A stretch of 61,795 nt of DNA from a virus (lineage: Duplodnaviria; Caudoviricetes). Below are positions 56,028-61,795 of this stretch, piece after piece (the stretch's first letter is position 1; each line of letters begins with the position of its first letter). The position numbers and the translations under genes were made by a program. The DNA is taken from positions 1 to 61,795 of the IMG/VR virus record IMGVR_UViG_3300018481_000005, one strand, 5' to 3'. The notes below the pieces were generated by a model, which ran no database searches, was not told the DNA's origin, and saw only the letters and a list, made by a program, of their open reading frames with translations.

Positions 56028-56287
56028 CCGCCATGCAATCCGACGTTCCGATCTCGTTCGAGTCCGACGAGACCCTGCGCAAGCCGCAGACATGCGCAGC
56101 CGCGTGGTGTCAGAAGCGCATACAGGCGGGTCGCCGTGTGGTCGCCTTGACAACGCTGACGCGGGCTGACGGCAGTACACCGCAGAAGGGCGACGACCTC
56201 CTAGAGCTCAAGAACGTTCTGACGTTCTGGCACACCGACTGTCGAGAGCGTCAGCTCCGAAAGGAGAAGCGTCATGCCAAAGCGTGA
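56024..56287 (+). CDS. Small zinc-binding protein
   Basis: CAAAWC...WHTDC; GTGA overlap. Confidence 0.6.
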   Translation: MTAMQSDVPISFESDETLRKPQTCAAAWCQKRIQAGRRVVALTTLTRADGSTPQKGDDLLELKNVLTFWHTDCRERQLRKEKRHAKA

Positions 56288-57308
56288 AGAGCTCGTGCTG
56301 CTTCGCACGTCGGAGCGCGGCGTGTGGGGTCAGTGTCATCAGCAATGGGCATGGCGGTTCATCGACAACCTGCAACCGCGCACGTCGTCACCACCTCTGG
56401 AGTTCGGCACGCTGTGGCACAAGGCGATGGCCGACTACTACATCCCAGGGAAGAAGCGCGGTCCGCATCCCGCCAAGTCGTTCAAGCTGTACTTCGACAG
56501 CGATGTCGCGAGCAAGTTCCGTCTCCGCAACAGTGACGCGGAGTGGGACGACGCGCTTGAGCTAGGCGTCGCGATGGCTGAGAACTACGTCGACGAGTTC
56601 GGTCGTGACAGCAAGATCGAGATCATCGCACCGGAGATGCCGTTCGCGTACCGCATGACGGACGTCGGAGGACAACCGTTCTGGGTCGTCGGTCGCTTCG
56701 ACGCGCTGTTCCGCTGGCTCACGACGCATGAGTACGGCATCCTGGAACACAAGACCGCAGCGTCGATCAGCACCGCGCACCTACAGATGGACGAACAGGC
56801 AGGCACGTACTTCATGTTCGGACGTCTCTGGGTGAAGGAACTGCAACGACGACTGATCATCCCGAAGGGCAATCGTCTTGAGCTTGACATGGTGCTGTAC
56901 AACTTCGCTCGGAAGGCGAAGCCTGACCCGCGTCCTCGTGACGACGCAGGCATCTATCTGAACAAGGACGGGACGCAGAGCAAGACGCAGCCGCCTCCCT
57001 ACTTCGCTCGTGTGCCTGTGTACCGTGACGAGGAGGACAGCAAGCGTTTGGTCAAGCGCATCCGACAGCAAGCATGGATGATGCGTCAGCAGCGCGAAGG
57101 CAAGCTTCCGATCATCAAGACACCGTCGTCCGGATACCCTGACCGTCACTGTGAGGCATGTCCGTTCAAGGCGATGTGTGAGTTGCACGAGACTGGTGGT
57201 GACTGGCGGTCGTACGCCAAGATGAACTACGACGTCGCCGACAACTATCAGGAGTACAAGGAAGACCTCGAAGAGGACATCATCACCATCGGAGGGAGGT
57301 GGAACTAA
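56274..57308 (+). CDS. Cas4/RecB-like PD-(D/E)xK exonuclease
   Basis: C..QW, FGTLWH, GRFD, EHKTA, C..CPF...C. Confidence 0.88.
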   Translation: MPKREELVLLRTSERGVWGQCHQQWAWRFIDNLQPRTSSPPLEFGTLWHKAMADYYIPGKKRGPHPAKSFKLYFDSDVASKFRLRNSDAEWDDALELGVAMAENYVDEFGRDSKIEIIAPEMPFAYRMTDVGGQPFWVVGRFDALFRWLTTHEYGILEHKTAASISTAHLQMDEQAGTYFMFGRLWVKELQRRLIIPKGNRLELDMVLYNFARKAKPDPRPRDDAGIYLNKDGTQSKTQPPPYFARVPVYRDEEDSKRLVKRIRQQAWMMRQQREGKLPIIKTPSSGYPDRHCEACPFKAMCELHETGGDWRSYAKMNYDVADNYQEYKEDLEEDIITIGGRWN

Positions 57309-58129
57309 TGGCAGCACCACCGATCCACAAGCTTGGTGAGCGACCGACGCATTCACGCATCTGCGTCTACAGCGCACCTGGGCTCGGGAAGACTGCGCTT
57401 GCATGTAGCAGTCCGAACGTTCTCATCCTCAACGCCGACGGTCCTGACGGACCAGAGGCTGCAAGAGCGCTGGGATACAATCCGAGCATCTGGGACATCG
57501 ACGGAGAGAACCCGTTCGAAGAGCTTGACAACGCCTACAAGTACATCCGTCGGTATCCCGACAAGTACGAGTGGGTCTGGCTTGACAGCGCGACACTCTT
57601 CCAAGACAAGTCGATGGACGAGATCATGGAGGACGTACACAAGGCGAAGCCGCACAGGTCGATCTACTTGCCGGACAAGCCTGAGTATCAACTCAACCAG
57701 AACCAGTTGTCCAAGTGGATCCGTCACATGACAGCGCTCCCGATCAACTTCGGGTTCACTGCGCATGAGGCGCGATTCGAGGACGACGACGGCGAGACCG
57801 TGTACCTTCCGATGATCCAGGGAGGACAGGGAGCACTATCGTCGAAGCTGTGCGCATGGATGGGCATCGTCGGTCGGCTCACGGTTGAGACGACACGTGT
57901 CCGAGAGGAGGGAAGCAAGCGACGAGAGACAACGTCGGAGCGACGTCTACAGGTGCAGTGGACAGGCAAGCACTACGCGAAGGACCGGCTCAGTGGTGGC
58001 AGGTTGGGCGAGTACGTGTCCGACCCCACCATCCCTAAGATCATGGAGGGCATCAACGCTCCAGCAGCCCGGAAGCCTAAGCGGCGTCCCGTACGGAAGA
58101 GCACAGCGACCAGCAGGAGGACACGTTGA
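57308..58129 (+). CDS. AAA_24/Sak4-like RecA-fold ATPase
   Basis: YSAPGLGKT, WLDSAT, TAHE, AKDR. Confidence 0.85.
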   Translation: MAAPPIHKLGERPTHSRICVYSAPGLGKTALACSSPNVLILNADGPDGPEAARALGYNPSIWDIDGENPFEELDNAYKYIRRYPDKYEWVWLDSATLFQDKSMDEIMEDVHKAKPHRSIYLPDKPEYQLNQNQLSKWIRHMTALPINFGFTAHEARFEDDDGETVYLPMIQGGQGALSSKLCAWMGIVGRLTVETTRVREEGSKRRETTSERRLQVQWTGKHYAKDRLSGGRLGEYVSDPTIPKIMEGINAPAARKPKRRPVRKSTATSRRTR

Positions 58130-59133
58130 CCAAGATCAAAGCAGACGTAAGCGGTTCCGACCCGGACAAGGCACTATCGGTCGGCAACCGGAAGTCTCCT
58201 CGTCCAGGCATGTACGTGGCGGAGATCGACACCGTCAAGTATCGCGAGGAGAAGGCAGACCTGGAAGTCACGTACAAGATCACGCAAGCCGACAAGGAGA
58301 AGAACGAGCAGTTCGTCGGCAGTCGGCTCTGGTCGTACGTCATGCTCGAGGACCATCCCTCATGGGAGCAGACGCAGTGGAAGCTCGACCAGTTGCTGCA
58401 AGCGGTCGGACTCGCCACGAAGAAGAAGCGGAAGGTCAACTTCGACACCGACGAACTCGAAGGCGAAGAGGTCGTGATCATCGTCGTGTCGGACACGAAC
58501 AAGGAAGGCGACTATCGCGGTGCTGTCGGTGGCGTCATGATGTACGACGAGGAAACGTTCGGCCAGGACGTCGAGGACGATGACGACGAAGAGGACGAGC
58601 CGGAGCCGGACGCGTACAGCGATGACGATGACGACGACGAGGACGAAGCTTCCGACGACGAGGAAGCACTGCCGTACGACGAGTGGTCTCTCGCCGAACT
58701 GAAGGCAGAGCTCGAAGCACGCGACATGGACGCGATCAAAGGCAAGGCGAAGATCATCGCAGCGCTCGAAGAGGATGACGAGTCCGAAGAGGGCGATGAC
58801 GATGACGAGGAAGAAGCCGAGCCGGAAGCAGGTGAGTACGACGACCTGTCCGTCGCCGATCTCCGCAAGGAGTGCGTGGAACGAGGGCTGAAGAAGAACG
58901 GCACCAAGGACGCACTGATCGCACGTCTCGAGGAGTTCGACGCGAACCCGCCGGAGGATGAGCCGGAAGCAGACGACGATGACGATGACGAGGAAGAAGA
59001 GGAAGCTCCGAAGCCGCGTCGACGCAAGCCTGCAACGGCGACCAAGAGCAAGAAGACCGTCGCCAAGCGTTCGTCGTCGAAGTCAACTCGCAGGAAGGGA
59101 AGCAAGGATGACGGCTTCCCGTTCGACGAGTAA
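58126..59133 (+). CDS. SSB-like (DUF669-type OB fold) protein with two SAP-like motifs and acidic linkers
   Basis: PRPGMYVAEI N-terminus; YDEWSLAELKAELEAR and YDDLSVADLRKECVERGLKKNGTKDALIARL; C-terminal FPFDE. Confidence 0.75.
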   Translation: MTKIKADVSGSDPDKALSVGNRKSPRPGMYVAEIDTVKYREEKADLEVTYKITQADKEKNEQFVGSRLWSYVMLEDHPSWEQTQWKLDQLLQAVGLATKKKRKVNFDTDELEGEEVVIIVVSDTNKEGDYRGAVGGVMMYDEETFGQDVEDDDDEEDEPEPDAYSDDDDDDEDEASDDEEALPYDEWSLAELKAELEARDMDAIKGKAKIIAALEEDDESEEGDDDDEEEAEPEAGEYDDLSVADLRKECVERGLKKNGTKDALIARLEEFDANPPEDEPEADDDDDDEEEEEAPKPRRRKPATATKSKKTVAKRSSSKSTRRKGSKDDGFPFDE

Positions 59134-59371
59134 CGCTGACGCCGACGACTTGGTGACAGGTAACTTCGGTGTCGCATGCTATCTGTGGTTCTCGGGCTTC
59201 GTCGTGAACATGGAATGGGAGCATGACGTGTGCTTCTTCCGCTTCACGCGCAGTCCGGAACTACAGACAGCGTCGTCCGCGTATCACAAGGGACGAGCGA
59301 CAGTAGACCCTCGGAAGTTCTGGCCGAAGGTCGCGGAGTTCAAGTCCATGGTCTACGCGAGCAAGCCATAG
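59108..59371 (+). CDS. Hypothetical protein (DUF5659-like)
   Basis: T.NFGVACYL...FFRF...VDPRKF; fills the gap before the primase. Confidence 0.6.
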   Translation: MTASRSTSNADADDLVTGNFGVACYLWFSGFVVNMEWEHDVCFFRFTRSPELQTASSAYHKGRATVDPRKFWPKVAEFKSMVYASKP

Positions 59372-59375
59372 CCAG

Positions 59376-61795
59376 ATGCAGAAGTCACAGACATTCGAGA
59401 CGTTGAAGCCGTTCCTCATCGAGGAGGTCGGCAACGACGAGTGGGACATGCGCTGTCCGCTGCACGGTGACAGGAAGCGGTCAGCACGTGTCAACTTCGA
59501 GAAGGGTCTGTGGAACTGTTTCGCTGGCTGTGGTGGTGGACGCCTGACTGGTCTCTTGCGCAGGATGAAGACCGAAGGCCAAACGGTCACATCGAAGACG
59601 CGTAAGTCCACGAAGAGCGGCAAGGCACGCTCTGGGAGATCAGTCACGCCTGATGATGTATCGCGGTGGCACCGGACGCTACTGGGAGACGCGGTGCAGC
59701 GGGAGAACCTCCTGCTCAAGCGCGGCATCAACGAAGACACCATCCGAGAGTACGAACTTGGGTGGGATCAGATCAGTCAGGCGTTCACCATCCCCGTCTA
59801 TGAGCAGGACGGCACACTGTTCAACGTTCGGAAGTACCGACCGAACGCACCGTCAGACAAGAAGATCTTCTGGGCGGTTCCGAAGGACCCCGACAAGAAG
59901 GTTCCGCTGTATCCCGAGTCGTCTATGGACTCTGACGCGGTAGTGCTTGCTGAAGGTGAGACGGACGCGTTGATGTCGTGTCAAGTCGGAGTTCCCGCAG
60001 TGACAGGGACGGCAGGAGCGAACACGTGGCGCATGGAGTGGTCGGAACGGTTCAAGGGGAAGCAGGTGTTCATCGCATACGACCGCGACTCTGCGGGCGA
60101 GAAAGGAGCGCGACAAGCGGCTGAGCACCTTGAACCGTTCGCTCGCGACATCTTCCTCGTCAAGATCCCGTTGAGGAAGCCCGGAGCAGACATCAGCGAC
60201 TATCTCTTGACACGCGAGAAGTCGGAGTGGCTGACGGTCCTGAAGCGGGCGAAGCCGTATCAAGTACGCAAGTCAGACCCGATGGACATGCAGCCCGTCG
60301 ATGTCAGTGTGATGGGGTCGTTCGACGCGCAGAACGTCGGACGTGCGCAGAGCATGGAGGTGTTGATTCAGGCACGGTCGAAGGACCCGTTCTCACTGCC
60401 CAAGGTTGTCCACAGCACGTGCAGCATGGATGCTGGTAAGCAGTGCGCGATGTGTCCGATGATGCAGCGGAACGGCGAGCATGACTGGGCACTGCGTCCG
60501 TCGTCTCGCAACCTGCTCGCCATGGTCGGCACACCTGAAGCGACGCAGGCGGAAGCGATGCGCAAGGAAGTTGGCGCAGCGAAGTGTCAAGTGTTGCGAC
60601 ACGAGGTGACGTCCTATCAGTCGGTCGAGCAGTTGTACGTCCGTCCGTCATGGGAGGAAGAGTCGGGAGACTTCACACCGCGTCGCGTCCTTGGCATCGG
60701 CAAGCACGACACGCTTCCGTCGCAGACAGTGCGTCTCGTAGGAACGACGTGGCCGGAACCGAAGGAACAGCGCAACGAGTTCATGGCATGGACGGTTGAG
60801 GAATCAGAGAACGCCATCGACGAGTTCCGCATGACACCGGACCTGGCGCGTGACCTGCGTCAGTTCCAACCGGAGAAAGGACAGACACCGCTGCGCAAGC
60901 TGTGGGACATGGCGGCAGACCTTGAGTCGCACGTCACACGCATCTACGGACGACGCGACCTGCACATCGCCATCGACTTGGTGTATCACTCCGTCCTCGC
61001 GTTTCCGTTCCGAGGAGGGCTGGAACGCCGTGGATGGCTTGACGCACTGATCGTCGGTGACACACGGACAGGGAAGTCGGAAGCAGCGAAGCGCATGGGT
61101 GAGCACTACCGCGTCGGGAAGATGGTCAACTGTGAAGCAGCAACGTTCTCTGGTATCGTCGGTGGGCTTGAGAAGATGGGTGACAAGGAGTGGGCCGTCA
61201 ACTGGGGTGCTGTGCCGATGAACGATCGTCGGCTTGTCATCCTCGACGAAGTCAGTGGGCTGTCGTACGAGCAGATCCAGCAGATGTCAGACATCAGAAG
61301 CGCAGGGACGATCACCTTGCAGAAGATCCGACAGGAGCAAGCATGGGCGAGGACGCGTCTGCTCTGGCTCGGGAACCCGCGTGATGCAGGCATGGATCAG
61401 TACACCTACGGCGTCATGGCGGTGCAGCCGTTGATCGGCAACCGTGAGGACATCGCACGTTTCGACTTCGCGATGGCGTTGACGTCATCCGACATCAAGC
61501 TCAAGGACATCCATCAACGTCCGATGACGGGTGAACCGCAGTACACGTCCGACGAGTGCCACTCCCTCGTTCTCTGGGCATGGTCACGACAGCCCGATGA
61601 CGTTGAGTGGATCGGCACCGCTGAGGAAGACGTGATGAAAGCAGCGGCATGGCTCGGTGACAGGTACGTCGACAACCCTCCGCTCTTGCAGTCAGCGAAC
61701 GCGCACGTCAAGGTGGCACGTCTTGCCGTCGCACTTGCGGCATGCACCTTCAGCACGGATCGCGCAGGGAGGAAGCTGTTGGTCACACAAGCGCA
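59376..61795 (+). CDS. CHC2 zinc finger + TOPRIM primase + MCM-family AAA+ helicase fusion (absent from ORF track; wraps to 478; about 924 aa)
   Basis: Hand translation: CPLHGD...WNCFAGC; AEGETD and YDRD (TOPRIM); IVGDTRTGKS, VILDE, LGNP, IARFD (MCM-type Walker A/B, sensor 1, Arg finger). Confidence 0.9.
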   Translation, partial: MQKSQTFETLKPFLIEEVGNDEWDMRCPLHGDRKRSARVNFEKGLWNCFAGCGGGRLTGLLRRMKTEGQTVTSKTRKSTKSGKARSGRSVTPDDVSRWHRTLLGDAVQRENLLLKRGINEDTIREYELGWDQISQAFTIPVYEQDGTLFNVRKYRPNAPSDKKIFWAVPKDPDKKVPLYPESSMDSDAVVLAEGETDALMSCQVGVPAVTGTAGANTWRMEWSERFKGKQVFIAYDRDSAGEKGARQAAEHLEPFARDIFLVKIPLRKPGADISDYLLTREKSEWLTVLKRAKPYQVRKSDPMDMQPVDVSVMGSFDAQNVGRAQSMEVLIQARSKDPFSLPKVVHSTCSMDAGKQCAMCPMMQRNGEHDWALRPSSRNLLAMVGTPEATQAEAMRKEVGAAKCQVLRHEVTSYQSVEQLYVRPSWEEESGDFTPRRVLGIGKHDTLPSQTVRLVGTTWPEPKEQRNEFMAWTVEESENAIDEFRMTPDLARDLRQFQPEKGQTPLRKLWDMAADLESHVTRIYGRRDLHIAIDLVYHSVLAFPFRGGLERRGWLDALIVGDTRTGKSEAAKRMGEHYRVGKMVNCEAATFSGIVGGLEKMGDKEWAVNWGAVPMNDRRLVILDEVSGLSYEQIQQMSDIRSAGTITLQKIRQEQAWARTRLLWLGNPRDAGMDQYTYGVMAVQPLIGNREDIARFDFAMALTSSDIKLKDIHQRPMTGEPQYTSDECHSLVLWAWSRQPDDVEWIGTAEEDVMKAAAWLGDRYVDNPPLLQSANAHVKVARLAVALAACTFSTDRAGRKLLVTQA
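61673..61795. repeat. Terminal direct repeat, right copy
   Basis: Identical to 1-123. Confidence 0.95.

Noticed and set aside
61673-61795. 123-bp end repeat as a biological direct terminal repeat
   Set aside because: It falls in the middle of the primase-helicase gene, so it is most simply an assembly overlap of a circularly permuted genome.
1-61795. Stop-codon reassignment, tRNAs, introns or inteins, integrase, reverse transcriptase/DGR, PurZ or 7-deazaguanine genes
   Set aside because: Core genes are intact and of normal length in the standard code, and I recognised no signature for these; automated scans are needed to be certain.

Overview
This window is very probably a complete, circularly permuted tailed-phage genome (siphovirus-type, about 61,672 bp unique sequence; bases 1-123 recur exactly at 61673-61795). 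All credible genes lie on the + strand. A WhiB gene, the gene set and the high GC content point to an Actinomycetota host. No integrase, repressor, tRNA or CRISPR array was recognised, so it is probably lytic. Modules: (i) replication and nucleotide metabolism across the origin of numbering (divergent ThyX, Cas4-like exonuclease, AAA/Sak4-like ATPase, SSB with SAP motifs, primase-MCM helicase fusion, a five-enzyme cassette, DnaE); (ii) small accessory genes with RuvC and WhiB; (iii) virion and lysis genes at about 13-41.8 kb, including MuF followed by an ADP-ribosyltransferase and a probable +1 tail-chaperone frameshift; (iv) a roughly 500-nt structured non-coding region followed by small early-type genes that share an upstream motif. 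The best candidate for an undescribed system is a pre-replicative pyrimidine hypermodification pathway: a ThyX lacking key canonical residues, plus a flavoenzyme, HAD, Nmad1-like protein, SDR and VOC enzyme placed between the helicase and DnaE. Next are two copies of an inverted-repeat element bracketing the replication module and a candidate large ncRNA. All family assignments come from reading motifs by eye; no database searches were run.
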